This document shows, piece by piece, positions 20,581 through 31,491 of a DNA stretch of 47,035 bases (the stretch's first letter is position 1; every line of letters starts with the position of its first letter). The translations under genes were made by a program, and so were the position numbers. The notes below the pieces were generated by a model. That model ran no database searches, had not been told where the DNA came from, and worked only from the letters and a program-made list of their open reading frames with translations. Origin of the DNA: Puniceicoccaceae bacterium (GTDB taxonomy: Bacteria; Verrucomicrobiota; Verrucomicrobiia; Opitutales; Oceanipulchritudinaceae); the NCBI GenBank assembly GCA_040830765.1, contig JBFOMH010000037.1, positions 1 through 47,035 of the forward strand, written 5' to 3'.

Positions 20581-21279
20581 ATGGCAAAAATCAGCAAAAA
20601 CCGCAAAGCAGCCACCGCGCTGTACGAACATGCGAATACCTATGCGCTCAAGGATGCGCTCGGTATTCTGGAGAAATTCCCGAAGGCCAAATTCGACGAA
20701 ACGGTCGAGCTTTCGGTCCACCTCGGCGTCGATCCGCGCCAGAGCACCCAGATGGTGCGGGGTGTCGTCAACCTGCCCAAGGGAAGCGGCAAGAAGGTCA
20801 AGGTAATCGCCTTCACGGACAAGCCGGACGACGCCAAGCAGGCGGGTGCCGAGGAAGCCGGAATGGATGACCTGATCGCCCGCATCCAGGACGGCTGGAC
20901 CGATTTTGACGTCGCTGTGGCAACCCCGGCGGCCATGAAGGAAGTCCGCAAGGTAGCCCGTGTTTTGGGTCCCCGGGGTCTCATGCCGAATCCGAAGTCT
21001 GGTACGGTCACCGATGATGTGTCAGCCGCCATCGAGTCTCTCAAGAGCGGAGGCCGGGTTGAGTTCAAGATGGACAAGACCGCCAATATTGGGGTCATTG
21101 TCGGCAAGCGCTCCTTCTCTGTGGAGGACCTTGAAGAGAACATCAATGCAGTCATCGACGCCCTTGGCAAAGCCCGCCCGGAAACCCTCAAGGGTCACGG
21201 GTATATCAAGACGGCCGCCATTTCCGGAACCATGACACCCGGTGTGCGTCTCGAATCCAGCCTGTACGCCAACCTCTAA
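20581..21279 (+). CDS. rplA: 50S ribosomal protein L1
   Basis: KFDETVE and LGPRGLMPNPKSGTVT motifs. Confidence 0.98.
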   Translation: MAKISKNRKAATALYEHANTYALKDALGILEKFPKAKFDETVELSVHLGVDPRQSTQMVRGVVNLPKGSGKKVKVIAFTDKPDDAKQAGAEEAGMDDLIARIQDGWTDFDVAVATPAAMKEVRKVARVLGPRGLMPNPKSGTVTDDVSAAIESLKSGGRVEFKMDKTANIGVIVGKRSFSVEDLEENINAVIDALGKARPETLKGHGYIKTAAISGTMTPGVRLESSLYANL

Positions 21280-21297
21280 CCGAAAAGGAATAGGAAT

Positions 21298-21810
21298 ATG
21301 CAACCAGAGAAAAAGATTCTCGTCGAAGAAGTTGGTGCTTACCTCGATAAGTCCGATTACGTTTTCTTGGCCGATTTTGAACGGGTAACCGTTGCCGAAA
21401 CCGAGGAACTGCGTCGCATCCTCGCTGAGGTCGGAGCCGAGTTCCACGTGGTCAAGAACCGCATCCTGAAGATTGCCGCTGCCGAGCGTGAACTGGAGTT
21501 CAATGAGGAGTACCTCCTTGGCCCGACGGCCATTGTTATAGGTGGCGACAACGCTCCCGGAGTGGCCAAGGCCCTGGAGAAGTTCTTCAAGGACAAGAAG
21601 AAACTGGAGGTCAAGGGCGGTATCCTTGAAAGCTCCTCCATCTCCGTTGACCAGATTTCCGATCTGGCCAAGCTGCCGCCGGCGGATGTCCTCAAGGCCC
21701 AGTTGCTGGGTCTTCTCAACCAGCCGGCCTCACAGATGGTCCGGATCATCCAGGCCGTCCCGCAAGGGATGCTCAATGTCCTGCAGGCCAAGGCCGACCA
21801 GGGCGAGTAG
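21298..21810 (+). CDS. rplJ: 50S ribosomal protein L10
   Basis: VVKNRIL, GPTA and LAKLP motifs; synteny. Confidence 0.96.
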   Translation: MQPEKKILVEEVGAYLDKSDYVFLADFERVTVAETEELRRILAEVGAEFHVVKNRILKIAAAERELEFNEEYLLGPTAIVIGGDNAPGVAKALEKFFKDKKKLEVKGGILESSSISVDQISDLAKLPPADVLKAQLLGLLNQPASQMVRIIQAVPQGMLNVLQAKADQGE

Positions 21811-21933
21811 AGTCTACAGTCAACTTTTATAACTAACTTTAACCGGAACGAAACGACTAGGGGGACAACTCCTTAAATAGCCAACGCACATGGGGTGCCA
21901 GTAGCGCTAGTCGTATCGGAAGGAGAAAACAAC

Positions 21934-22320
21934 ATGGCAGACATCAAAAAAGAAGACGTCATTGAATGGCTCAGCAACCAGTCGGTTCTTGAAATCGCCG
22001 GCTTGGTCAAGGACCTCGAGGAAAAGTGGGGCGTAAGCGCTGCTGCTCCTGTCGCGGCAGTTGCCGCTGTCGGAGCTGGCGGTGGTGAAGCAGCCGCTGA
22101 AGAGGAAAAGACCGAGTTCGACGTTGTCCTCAAGGGTCATGGCAGCAACAAGATCGCCGTTATTAAGGAAGTGCGCGGTATCACCGGTCTCGGGCTCAAG
22201 GAAGCCAAGGATCTGGTTGAGAGCGCTCCCAAGGCCATCAAGGAAGCTACCACCAAGGAAGACGCGGAAGACCTCAAGAAAAAGCTCGAGGCTGCTGGCG
22301 CCGAAGTCGAAATCAAGTAA
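21934..22320 (+). CDS. rplL: 50S ribosomal protein L7/L12
   Basis: [10 protein letters not shown] and [27 protein letters not shown] 21934 follows an AGGAG SD. Confidence 0.98.
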   Translation: MADIKKEDVIEWLSNQSVLEIAGLVKDLEEKWGVSAAAPVAAVAAVGAGGGEAAAEEEKTEFDVVLKGHGSNKIAVIKEVRGITGLGLKEAKDLVESAPKAIKEATTKEDAEDLKKKLEAAGAEVEIK

Positions 22321-22350
22321 ACTGAGTAATCAGCACAAACAGTTTATTGC

Positions 22351-22397
22351 GGCAAGTTTGCCGGCTCCGGAAACGGGGCCGGCAGCTTTGCCTTTTT
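22351..22397 (+). terminator. Intrinsic terminator/attenuator between rplL and rpoB
   Basis: GGCAA-gtt-TGCCGGCTCCG-GAAA-CGGGGCCGGCA-gct-TTGCC followed by TTTTT. Confidence 0.75.
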
Positions 22398-22490
22398 CCA
22401 TTTCCAATTTGGGAACCCAGAGAACACGCCGATCCGTTGGCGTGCTTTCTGGCTTCCAGAACCTGTTCATCCATTAATCCGTAATTCATC

Positions 22491-25400
22491 ATGTCCGAAC
22501 GTATTAACTTTGGGAAACTCAAAGAGGTTATCGCTCCACCGAACCTGATTCAGATCCAGATCAATTCCTTCAAGGAATTTCTCCAGGCGGATGTTGCCCC
22601 GACGCAACGCCAGCATCTTGGGCTGGAGGCCGTCCTGCGGGAGGTTTTCCCGATCGAGAGCTATGATGGCCGCTGTAACCTGGAGTATGTCTCCTACACC
22701 CTTTCCGGTCCGAAAATGACCGAGATGGAAGCAATCCGCGAAGGGATTACCTATTCCATCTCCCTCTACGTAAAGCTGCGCCTCCGCGAGGAGGACTCCA
22801 TCAAGGACGAGGAGATTTACATGGGTGAAATGCCGATGATCACGGAGCGGGGCTCCTTCATCATCAACGGTGCCGAGCGGGTTGTCGTCAGCCAGCTGCA
22901 CCGCTCTCCGGGTATCGCCTTTGAAACGACCCCGCACACCAGCGGCAAGACCCTCTTCAGCTTCCGGATTATCCCCGACCGGGGTACCTGGCTGGAGACC
23001 CAGTTCGACCAGAACGACCTTCTCTATGTCTACCTCGACCGTCGTCGCCGGCGCCGGAAGTTCCTTATCACGACGCTCCTGCGCGCGATGGGCTTTGGCA
23101 GCGACTACGAAATCCTCAATTTCTTCTACAACATCGAGGACCTGAAGGTTAAGGACACCCTGAAGATGGAAAGTGTCAGCCGTCTGGTCCTGGTTGAGGA
23201 CCTGGTGGATGCGGACAAGGGGGCCGTCCTGGCCCGTTCCTTCGAGCCTTTGACCAAGACCATTGTCCGGAGCATCGAGGCTGCCGGCATCACCGAAGTA
23301 CGGGTCATCGACACCACTGTTGACGACGGGGCCATCATCCGCTGCCTGAAGAAGGACCCGACCCGCAATGAGGAGGAGGCCCTGAAGGACATTTACAAGC
23401 GTCTTCGTCCCGGCGAACCGCCGACAACAACCAACGCCAAGGCCCTGCTGAAGCGCCTCTTCCAGGATCCCAAGCGCTATGACCTCGGCCGCGTGGGCCG
23501 GTACAAGATCAACCAGAAACTCAATCTCGAGACAGATCTGGAAGCCCGGACGGTTCTTGTTGAGGACATCGTCGAAGCCACCAAGTACCTCATCCGCCTG
23601 AAGAAGGGCGACGGGGTGGTTGATGATATCGACCACTTGGGAAGCCGCCGTGTCCGTACGGTTGGTGAGCTCCTGATGAACCAGTGCCGCATCGGCCTGG
23701 CCCGCACGGAGCGCCTCGTCAAGGAGCGCATGACCCTCTATGATCAGAGCGTCGACTCGGTCACGCCGCAAAAGTTGATCAACCCGAAGGCGCTGAGCAC
23801 GGTTATCCGGGATTTTTATGCCCGTAGCCAGTTGAGCCAGTTCATGGACCAGATCAACCCGCTGGCCGAAGTGACCCACAAGCGCCGCTTGTCCGCACTT
23901 GGCCCGGGTGGCTTGAACCGTGACCGCGCCGGATTCGAAGTCCGCGACGTGCACCCATCCCACTATGGCCGGATCTGCCCGGTTGAAACACCGGAAGGTC
24001 CGAATATTGGTCTCATTAACAGCCTTTCCACCTACGCTCAGGTCAATGAATTCGGTTTTATCGAAACCCCTTACCGGGTGGTCAAGAATGGTGTTGTTCA
24101 GGACGAGGTGATTTACCTCAACGCTGACCAGGAAGAGGGCAAAATTATTGCCCAGGCCAATTCCAGGATTGGTAACAAGGGTAAGCTCGAAGGCCGTGTC
24201 ACTGCGCGGAAGGGAGATGACTTCATTGAAATCGATCCCAAGGAAGTCCACCTCATGGACGTTTCCCCGAAGCAGGTTGTTTCTGTTGCTGCCGGATTGA
24301 TTCCCTTCCTTGAGCACGATGACGCCAACCGCGCATTGATGGGTTCGAACATGCAACGCCAGGGTGTGCCGCTTCTGCGGACCCAGGCGCCGCTGGTCGG
24401 CACCGGTATTGAAGAGCGGGTTGCCCGCGACTCCAAGACCGTCACTGTCGCCGATTCGGACGGTATTGTCGCCAGTGTTGATGCCCGCCGAATCATCACG
24501 ACCAAGGACGGGGAAATTTCCACCAAGCTTCTCAAGAAGCCGAAGTCGGATCCGAAGAACGGGGTGCATGTTTACCAGTTGCGTAAATTCCTCCGTTCCA
24601 ATGCCGGCACTTGCTTCAACCAAAAGCCGGTTGTCCGCAATGGTCAGAAGATCAAGGCAGGCGATTTGCTGGCCGACGGTGCCGCCACCGAGAGTGGGGA
24701 ACTGGCCCTCGGACGCAATGTCCTCGTGGCCTACATGCCGTGGAACGGATACAACTTCGAGGACGCCATCCTTATCAGCGAGCGCCTGCTCAAGGATGAC
24801 GTCTACACCTCCATCCACATCGAGGAGTTCGAGGTTACAGCCCGGGATACCAAGCTCGGCCCGGAAGAAATTACCCGGGATATCCCCAACGTCGGTGAAG
24901 AAGCCCTGAAGAACCTCAACCACGACGGGGTCATCCGCGTCGGGGCAGAGGTCAAGCCGGGCGATATCCTCGTCGGCAAGATCACGCCGAAGAGCGAAAC
25001 CGAACTGGCTCCGGAAGAGAAGCTCCTCCGCGCCATCTTCGGTGAGAAGGCTGCCGATGTGAAGGACACCTCCCTCCTGGTTCCCTCGGGAACCAACGGG
25101 ATCATCATGGATGTCAAGGTCTCCAGCCGTGTTGAAGGTGAATCGGAAAAGCTCTCCGCTTCTGACCGCCGCCGCCAGATCAAGAAGATCAACGAGGAAT
25201 ACCGCACCCAGATGGACCGCCTCCGCGAGTCCCTCACGGAAAGCCTCTCCAATATCCTGCTCGGGGAAAAGATTCCCCTGGATGTGGTCAACGGCGAAAC
25301 CAGTGAAATCATTATTCCGGCAAACCGGAAGATTACCAAGACGTTGCTGCGCAAGCTGGCATCGGTCTACAAGTCCATCGAAATCGACCCCTCGCCGGTC

Positions 25401-26273
25401 CGGATCAAGATCATGGAGATCATCGACAGCTTCAAGAGCAAGTTCGAGGAGCTGGAAACGGAACAGGAGCGCAAGATTGAGGCTGTGGAGTCCGGTGACG
25501 ACATCGATCAGGGAACGGTCAAGAACGTCAAGGTCTACATCGCCACCAAGCGGAAAATCCAGGTTGGTGACAAGATGGCCGGTCGTCACGGGAACAAGGG
25601 CGTTGTTGCCAAGATTGTCCCAGTGGAAGACATGCCTTACCTTGCCGACGGTTCCGCTGTTGATATCTGTCTCAATCCGCTCGGGGTTCCGAGCCGGATG
25701 AACGTCGGGCAGGTCCTCGAGTGTCACCTTGGCTATGCCTGTAAGATGCTCGGCATCAAGATTGCCACACCGATTTTCGACGGTATCCAGGAAGAACAGA
25801 TCAAGGACTACCTCAAGGACGCCAAGCTGCCGGAAGCCGGCAAGAGCTTCCTTTACGATGGCCGGACCGGTGAACGGCTCGACCAAGAGGTTGTGGTTGG
25901 TTACACCTATATGCTGAAGCTGAACCACCTCGTGGCGGACAAGATTCACGCCCGCGCGGTTGGTCCTTACAGTCTCATCACCCAGCAGCCTCTCGGTGGC
26001 AAGGCCCAGTACGGTGGCCAGCGTTTCGGGGAGATGGAGGTCTGGGCCCTCGAGGCATACGGTGCTGCCTACACCTTGCAGGAGCTGCTTACCGTCAAGT
26101 CCGACGATGTCGCCGGACGGACCAAGATCTATGAGTCCCTTGTCAAGGGGGACAACAGCTTGCAGGCCGGGACACCGCAGTCCTTCAACGTTCTGATGAA
26201 GGAAATGCAGAGCCTCTGTCTTGATATAAAGCTGGGTGACCAGGATCCCCTGGCATCCGCCTTCGCCAACTGA
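22491..26273 (+). CDS. rpoB: DNA-directed RNA polymerase subunit beta
   Basis: SQLSQFMDQ, GDKMAGRHGNKG and GGQRFGEMEVWAL motifs. Confidence 0.99.
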   Translation: MSERINFGKLKEVIAPPNLIQIQINSFKEFLQADVAPTQRQHLGLEAVLREVFPIESYDGRCNLEYVSYTLSGPKMTEMEAIREGITYSISLYVKLRLREEDSIKDEEIYMGEMPMITERGSFIINGAERVVVSQLHRSPGIAFETTPHTSGKTLFSFRIIPDRGTWLETQFDQNDLLYVYLDRRRRRRKFLITTLLRAMGFGSDYEILNFFYNIEDLKVKDTLKMESVSRLVLVEDLVDADKGAVLARSFEPLTKTIVRSIEAAGITEVRVIDTTVDDGAIIRCLKKDPTRNEEEALKDIYKRLRPGEPPTTTNAKALLKRLFQDPKRYDLGRVGRYKINQKLNLETDLEARTVLVEDIVEATKYLIRLKKGDGVVDDIDHLGSRRVRTVGELLMNQCRIGLARTERLVKERMTLYDQSVDSVTPQKLINPKALSTVIRDFYARSQLSQFMDQINPLAEVTHKRRLSALGPGGLNRDRAGFEVRDVHPSHYGRICPVETPEGPNIGLINSLSTYAQVNEFGFIETPYRVVKNGVVQDEVIYLNADQEEGKIIAQANSRIGNKGKLEGRVTARKGDDFIEIDPKEVHLMDVSPKQVVSVAAGLIPFLEHDDANRALMGSNMQRQGVPLLRTQAPLVGTGIEERVARDSKTVTVADSDGIVASVDARRIITTKDGEISTKLLKKPKSDPKNGVHVYQLRKFLRSNAGTCFNQKPVVRNGQKIKAGDLLADGAATESGELALGRNVLVAYMPWNGYNFEDAILISERLLKDDVYTSIHIEEFEVTARDTKLGPEEITRDIPNVGEEALKNLNHDGVIRVGAEVKPGDILVGKITPKSETELAPEEKLLRAIFGEKAADVKDTSLLVPSGTNGIIMDVKVSSRVEGESEKLSASDRRRQIKKINEEYRTQMDRLRESLTESLSNILLGEKIPLDVVNGETSEIIIPANRKITKTLLRKLASVYKSIEIDPSPVRIKIMEIIDSFKSKFEELETEQERKIEAVESGDDIDQGTVKNVKVYIATKRKIQVGDKMAGRHGNKGVVAKIVPVEDMPYLADGSAVDICLNPLGVPSRMNVGQVLECHLGYACKMLGIKIATPIFDGIQEEQIKDYLKDAKLPEAGKSFLYDGRTGERLDQEVVVGYTYMLKLNHLVADKIHARAVGPYSLITQQPLGGKAQYGGQRFGEMEVWALEAYGAAYTLQELLTVKSDDVAGRTKIYESLVKGDNSLQAGTPQSFNVLMKEMQSLCLDIKLGDQDPLASAFAN

Positions 26274-26304
26274 TTGAACGCAACCAAAGAATTACTTATT
26301 TGCC

Positions 26305-29300
26305 ATGAGCGACGAACTCCAGACACGCGAAGCCCGCGACCTTCTCGGATTTGAAAAGGACAAGTCCTTTGATCAAGTCTCCATTACCATCGCCTCACCG
26401 GACGCCATCCGCAGCTGGTCCCGGGGGGAAGTAAAGAATCCGGAAACGATCAATTACCGGACCTTCAAGCCCGAACCGGGCGGTCTCTTCTGCCAGCGCA
26501 TTTTCGGTCCCGTGCGGGATTACGAATGTGCCTGCGGCAAGTACAAGCGAATCAAGTACAAGGGTGTCATCTGTGACCGTTGTGGTGTTGAGGTGACCGT
26601 CAGCCGGGTCCGGCGCGAGCGCATGGGCCACATCGAGCTGGCTGTCCCCTGTTCCCATATCTGGTTCCTGAAGAGCATGCCGAGCCGCCTCGGCCTGCTT
26701 CTCGACCTCACCGCGCGGAACTTGGAGCGGGTCATCTACTACGAGAACTACGTCGTGGTCGATCCCGGCAAGACGCCGCTCGAGGAGCGCCAGTTGCTGA
26801 CCGAGCAAGAATACCTCGCCGCCCTCGACGAGTATGGCGACGATTCATTCGAGGCGGAAATGGGAGCCGGTGCCATCCGCAAGATCCTTGAGCGGATGGA
26901 AATGCCCGGCGTCGTGGATGAGCTCCACGAGCAGATGCACAACACCCGCTCGAAGCAGATCAAGAAGAAGCTTTCCAAGCGTCTGAAGGTCATCCAGGGC
27001 TTTATCCATTCGGAATCCCGTCCGGAGTGGATGGTCCTTGAAGTGCTCCCGGTGATCCCCCCGGATCTCCGTCCGCTGGTTCCGCTCGAAGGGGGCCGCT
27101 TTGCCACTTCCGACCTCAATGACCTCTACCGTCGCGTCATTAACCGGAACAATCGCCTCAAGAACCTCCTCCTGCTGAAGACGCCGGATGTCATCATCCA
27201 CAATGAAAAGCGGATGCTTCAGGAAGCGGTCGACGCCCTTTTCGACAACGGCCGCCACGGCCGTGCCGTCACCGGTGCCGGCAACCGCCCGCTGAAGTCC
27301 CTCAGCGACATGCTCAAGGGCAAGCAGGGTCGTTTCCGCCAGAACCTCCTCGGTAAGCGCGTCGACTACTCCGGTCGTTCGGTTATTGTCATCGGTCCCG
27401 AGCTGAAGCTCTACCAGTGCGGTATTCCGAAGAAAATGGCCCTCGTTCTCTTTGAGCCATTCATCATCCGCCGCCTCAAGGAATTGGGCTTTGTCCATAC
27501 CGTGCGGGGTGCCCGGAAGATGATTGAGAAGCGTTCCCCGGAAGTGTGGGACATTCTCGAAGAAGTCACCAAGGGGCATCCGGTGCTCCTCAACCGTGCG
27601 CCGACCTTGCACCGCCTTTCCATCCAGGCCTTCGAGCCGATCCTCATTGAGGGTGACGCGATCCGCCTGCATCCGCTGGTTTGTGCCGCCTACAATGCTG
27701 ACTTTGATGGTGACCAGATGGCTGTTCACGTGCCGCTGAGCCTGGAATCCATTCTCGAGGCCAAGCTGCTCATGATGAGCACGAACAACATCTTCTCGCC
27801 TTCCAGCGGGGATCCTATCCTGACTCCGTCGCAGGATATTGTTCTGGGCTCCTACTACCTGACCATCGAGCCGCGCGAAGTGCCGGCTGAAGGCCAGCAT
27901 GTGCCGCTGTTTTCCACCTTCGAGGAGGTGTTGCTGGCAGAGGCCGACGGGGTCATCAACAAGCACGACTGGATCCGTCTCGAAAACCCGGATTACGGAA
28001 ACAAGACCACTTACGGCAATTCCAAGAAGAAGGTTATCCTGACCACGCCCGGTCGGGTCATCTTCAGTGGTATCTGGCCGGAAGGTCTTGGCTTTATCAA
28101 TTTCCCTGTGGCCAAGAAGAAGCTGGGTGAGTTGATTAACAACACTTACCAGGTTTCCGGTCGTGAGGAGTCCATTCTCATGCTGGACCGCCTCAAGGAA
28201 ATCGGTTTCTCCATCGCCACCATGGCCGGTATCTCCATCGGCATGGAAGACATGATTATTCCGCCGGAAAAGACGGAAATCGTGGCCCGTGCCCGTGAAC
28301 GCATCACCGAAGTGGCGAACCAGTACCGCAAGGGCATCATCACCGGCGGTGAGCGTTACAACAAGGTTGTTGATATCTGGACCCAGGCCACGGACGAGAT
28401 TGCCCAGGCTGTGTTCACCCACTTGCAGGACAACAACGGCAAAAAGGAAGTGAACCCGGTTTACCTGATGATGGACTCCGGTGCCCGTGGTAACAAGCAG
28501 CAGGTCCGCCAGCTGTGTGGTACCCGTGGCCTCATGGCCAAGCCGTCCGGTGAAATCATTGAACGGCCCATTCTCTCTTCCTTCCGTGAAGGATTGAGTG
28601 TTCTGGAGTACTTCATTTCCACCCACGGTGCCCGTAAGGGTCTCGCCGATACCGCCCTCAAGACGGCTGACGCCGGTTACCTGACCCGTAAGCTCTGTGA
28701 TGTCGCCATGGACGTCATCATCACGGAGAAGGACGATGGCAACCGTGATGGTATCTGGAAGTTCGCCATCAATGAGGGTGACGAGGAGATTGTTCCCCTG
28801 CGCGAGCGGATCATCGGACGCTGTGTCTGTATGGACGTGCGCAACCCGATTGACCCGGATGAAGTTGTTGTTGCCGCTGGGGAAATGGTCACCAAGGAGA
28901 TTGCCGCTCGTATCGACGAGCTGGGAATCGAACGGGTGAAGATCATGTCCCCGTTGACGCACGCCCTGCGGAACAGCCTCTCTGCCTCGGCCTACGGTAT
29001 CAACCCGGCCACCAACGACCTTGTCGAGATTGGTACTGCAGTTGGTATCATCGCCGCCCAGTCCATTGGTGAACCGGGCACGCAGTTGACGATGCGGACC
29101 TTCCACATCGGTGGTATTGCTTCCGCCTTGGCCCAGAGTGCTGATATTGAAGTCAAGAATTCCGGTACGGTTCGCTTTACCGGCCTCCGCCTCGTCGAAG
29201 TCAATAATGGTGCTTCCCGTGTTGTCCTCAACAAGACCGGTCAGGTCGCGATCTACGACGACAACGAAAAGGAACTGGAGACCTACAATATCCCGGCCGG

Positions 29301-30444
29301 TGCCGTTTTGACCGTCAAGGACGGCGATTCCATCGAGGAAGGCACCAAGCTGGCCCAGTGGGACCCCTTCAATGTGCCGATTCTTTCCGAGAAGTCCGGT
29401 ATCATCCGTTTCAAGGACATGATTCCGGGTGTCACCGTGAAGCGCGAAATCGATCCGTCCTCCGGTCGTATCGCCACCATGGTCATCGAGCACAAGGAAG
29501 ACCTCGCCCCGCAGATCGAGGTTGTCGATTCCACCAAGGCCAATGCCAAGATGCTGGCCACCTATTCCATCCCCACCGGTGCTACGGTTTCCGTGGTCGA
29601 GGGAGATGAAATCGAGGGTGGTTCGCTTCTCGCCAAGACGCCGCGTCAGGCTTCCAAGACCCAGGACATTACCGGTGGTCTACCCCGTGTGGCCGAGCTT
29701 TTCGAGGCTCGCCGCCCCAAGGAAGCGACCGATATGGCCAAGATCGATGGTGTTGTCTCCATGAACGGGACCGTCCGGGGCAAGAAGCGCCTCGTCGTCA
29801 CCGACCAGGAATCCGGCCAGGAAGAGGAACACCTCATCCCGCACGGCAAGCACATCATTGTCCAGATTGGCGATGTCGTCCACAAGGGACAGCACCTCAC
29901 CGAAGGGGCCGCCGACCCGCATGAAATCCTTGAGATTCTCGGGCCCAACACCGTTCAGGAATACCTCCTTTCGGAAATCCAGAAGGTGTACCGCCTCCAG
30001 GGTGTGACCATTAACGACAAGCACATCGAGCTCATCATTTCCCAGATGTTGCGCAAGGTCCGTATCACGGAGCCGGGCGACAGCGAATTCTTCTGGGGTG
30101 AGCAGGTCGACAAGGAATTCTTCATCCGGGAGAATGAACGGATCACTGAAGCGGGCGGCCAGCCGGCGGAAGGGGAACCGATTCTCCTCGGCATCACAAA
30201 GGCTTCCGTCGAGACCGAGAGCTTCATTTCCGCTGCTTCCTTCCAGGAAACAACCCGCGTCCTCACGGATGCCGCCACCCTCGGCAAGGTTGATGAGCTG
30301 GAAGGGTTCAAGGAAAACGTCATCATGGGTCACCTCATTCCAGCCGGTACCGGCTTGCCGAAGTACCGCCGCCTGAAAATCAACACGCTCGCCGCAGCCC
30401 CCGCAGCTGAGGAAGAGCAGGAGGAAATGCCCGACGTCGGTTAA
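26305..30444 (+). CDS. rpoC: DNA-directed RNA polymerase subunit beta'
   Basis: NADFDGD active site, N-terminal Zn ribbon CACGK..CDRC, and [13 protein letters not shown]. Confidence 0.99.
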   Translation: MSDELQTREARDLLGFEKDKSFDQVSITIASPDAIRSWSRGEVKNPETINYRTFKPEPGGLFCQRIFGPVRDYECACGKYKRIKYKGVICDRCGVEVTVSRVRRERMGHIELAVPCSHIWFLKSMPSRLGLLLDLTARNLERVIYYENYVVVDPGKTPLEERQLLTEQEYLAALDEYGDDSFEAEMGAGAIRKILERMEMPGVVDELHEQMHNTRSKQIKKKLSKRLKVIQGFIHSESRPEWMVLEVLPVIPPDLRPLVPLEGGRFATSDLNDLYRRVINRNNRLKNLLLLKTPDVIIHNEKRMLQEAVDALFDNGRHGRAVTGAGNRPLKSLSDMLKGKQGRFRQNLLGKRVDYSGRSVIVIGPELKLYQCGIPKKMALVLFEPFIIRRLKELGFVHTVRGARKMIEKRSPEVWDILEEVTKGHPVLLNRAPTLHRLSIQAFEPILIEGDAIRLHPLVCAAYNADFDGDQMAVHVPLSLESILEAKLLMMSTNNIFSPSSGDPILTPSQDIVLGSYYLTIEPREVPAEGQHVPLFSTFEEVLLAEADGVINKHDWIRLENPDYGNKTTYGNSKKKVILTTPGRVIFSGIWPEGLGFINFPVAKKKLGELINNTYQVSGREESILMLDRLKEIGFSIATMAGISIGMEDMIIPPEKTEIVARARERITEVANQYRKGIITGGERYNKVVDIWTQATDEIAQAVFTHLQDNNGKKEVNPVYLMMDSGARGNKQQVRQLCGTRGLMAKPSGEIIERPILSSFREGLSVLEYFISTHGARKGLADTALKTADAGYLTRKLCDVAMDVIITEKDDGNRDGIWKFAINEGDEEIVPLRERIIGRCVCMDVRNPIDPDEVVVAAGEMVTKEIAARIDELGIERVKIMSPLTHALRNSLSASAYGINPATNDLVEIGTAVGIIAAQSIGEPGTQLTMRTFHIGGIASALAQSADIEVKNSGTVRFTGLRLVEVNNGASRVVLNKTGQVAIYDDNEKELETYNIPAGAVLTVKDGDSIEEGTKLAQWDPFNVPILSEKSGIIRFKDMIPGVTVKREIDPSSGRIATMVIEHKEDLAPQIEVVDSTKANAKMLATYSIPTGATVSVVEGDEIEGGSLLAKTPRQASKTQDITGGLPRVAELFEARRPKEATDMAKIDGVVSMNGTVRGKKRLVVTDQESGQEEEHLIPHGKHIIVQIGDVVHKGQHLTEGAADPHEILEILGPNTVQEYLLSEIQKVYRLQGVTINDKHIELIISQMLRKVRITEPGDSEFFWGEQVDKEFFIRENERITEAGGQPAEGEPILLGITKASVETESFISAASFQETTRVLTDAATLGKVDELEGFKENVIMGHLIPAGTGLPKYRRLKINTLAAAPAAEEEQEEMPDVG

Positions 30445-30462
30445 TTTCCGGACACCTTTCAC

Positions 30463-30498
30463 GATGCCGGTTGCCAGTTCATCCTGGTAACCGGCATC
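30463..30498 (+). terminator. Long stem-loop after rpoC (probable terminator; weak U-tract)
   Basis: GATGCCGGTTGCCAG-TTCATC-CTGGTAACCGGCATC, a 15-bp stem with one G-U pair. Confidence 0.6.
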
Positions 30499-30534
30499 CG
30501 TCTTAATCACGGGCGGTTTCTTTCTAAAAAAAAC

Positions 30535-30574
30535 TTGCCGTCCAAATCCAAACGTCTACGTTCACCGCTTTTTC
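30535..30574 (+). promoter_or_regulatory. Putative promoter of rpsL-rpsG-fusA-rpsJ
   Basis: A-tract, TTGCCG (30535-40), 16 nt spacer, TACGTT (30557-62), then CACCGCTTTTTC. Confidence 0.55.
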
Positions 30575-30593
30575 TAAATTCGAATCGAGAGCT

Positions 30594-30968
30594 ATGCCAA
30601 CTATCAACCAACTTGTCCGCAAGCCCCGCACCACTGCCAAGGTGAAGAGCAAGTCACCTGCCTTGCGTAAAAATCCTTTCCGCCGTGGGGTTTGCACCCA
30701 GGTCATGACCCGTACCCCCAAGAAGCCGAATTCCGCTATTCGGAAGGTGGCCAAGGTCCGTCTGACCAGCGGATACGAAGTCATCGCCTACATCCCCGAC
30801 GAGGGGCATAGCCTTCAGGAACACAGTGTTGTCCTTGTTCGCGGAGGTCGTGTAAAGGACCTTCCCGGTGTTCGTTACCACATTGTCCGTGGTACCCTCG
30901 ACTGCACAGGCGTCGACAAGCGTCGCCGCAGCCGTTCCAAGTACGGGGTCAAGCGCCCCAAGAGTTGA
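30594..30968 (+). CDS. rpsL: 30S ribosomal protein S12
   Basis: [18 protein letters not shown] and [10 protein letters not shown] motifs. Confidence 0.99.
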   Translation: MPTINQLVRKPRTTAKVKSKSPALRKNPFRRGVCTQVMTRTPKKPNSAIRKVAKVRLTSGYEVIAYIPDEGHSLQEHSVVLVRGGRVKDLPGVRYHIVRGTLDCTGVDKRRRSRSKYGVKRPKS

Positions 30969-30998
30969 GCAATCCATTTTTAATTCCAGAGGTATAAT

Positions 30999-31469
30999 AT
31001 GTCACGTCGGCGCAGAGCAGATAAACGCGAACATCATCCGGATCCCCGGTACAACAGTCCCTTGGTCAGCCACCTTATCAATGTGGTGATGCTGGACGGG
31101 AAGAAATCCATCGCCCAGAAGATTGTCTATGGGGCATTCGAGAAGGTCAGTGAAAACCTCGGCAAGGGGGATCCCATTGATCTGCTTCTCGGCGCGCTGG
31201 AGAACATCCGGCCCAAGCTCGAGGTGAAGAGCCGCCGTGTCGGGGGTACGACCTACCAGGTCCCGCTCGAAATCAGCTTTGATCGCCAACAGAGCCTGGC
31301 TTTCCGCTGGCTGGTGACTGCAGCCCGGAGCCGCCGTGGTCCGATGCACGAAAACCTCGCTGCCGAAATCACTGACGCCTACAACAATACCGGTACCGTG
31401 GTGAAGAAAAAGGACGATACCCACCGGATGGCCCAGGCCAACCGGGCCTTCGCCCACCTTCGCTGGTAA
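30999..31469 (+). CDS. rpsG: 30S ribosomal protein S7
   Basis: [15 protein letters not shown] and [12 protein letters not shown] motifs. Confidence 0.99.
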   Translation: MSRRRRADKREHHPDPRYNSPLVSHLINVVMLDGKKSIAQKIVYGAFEKVSENLGKGDPIDLLLGALENIRPKLEVKSRRVGGTTYQVPLEISFDRQQSLAFRWLVTAARSRRGPMHENLAAEITDAYNNTGTVVKKKDDTHRMAQANRAFAHLRW

Positions 31470-31491
31470 GGACCTTTATCCTGTTTTAGCA

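Noticed and set aside
21895..21933. N-terminal extensions on L7/L12, L3, L23, Map and Mpl suggested by the ORF track
   Set aside because: They arise from upstream alternative start codons. Downstream ATGs (21934, 34225, 35522, 45153, 4530) match family N-termini, several with SD sequences.
23812..23916. Rifampicin-resistance alleles in RpoB cluster I (and streptomycin alleles in RpsL)
   Set aside because: SQFMDQ.NPL...THKRRLSALGPGGL retains the sensitive-type Q, D, H and S residues. RpsL keeps KKPNS and RVKDLP.
25150..25500. Large insertion in RpoB as a possible intein or novel domain
   Set aside because: No intein terminal motifs (C/S start, HN-C/S/T end). Position and helical character fit the known lineage-specific beta insertion region.
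22467..25949. 1160-aa antisense ORF opposite rpoB (also 26845-29493 opposite rpoC, 401-2053 opposite the fumarase, 11800-12978, 17801-18775, 41644-42966 and others)
   Set aside because: These are codon-register mirror ORFs of strongly biased, GC3-rich genes. They have no recognisable motifs and are a well-known shadow-ORF artefact.
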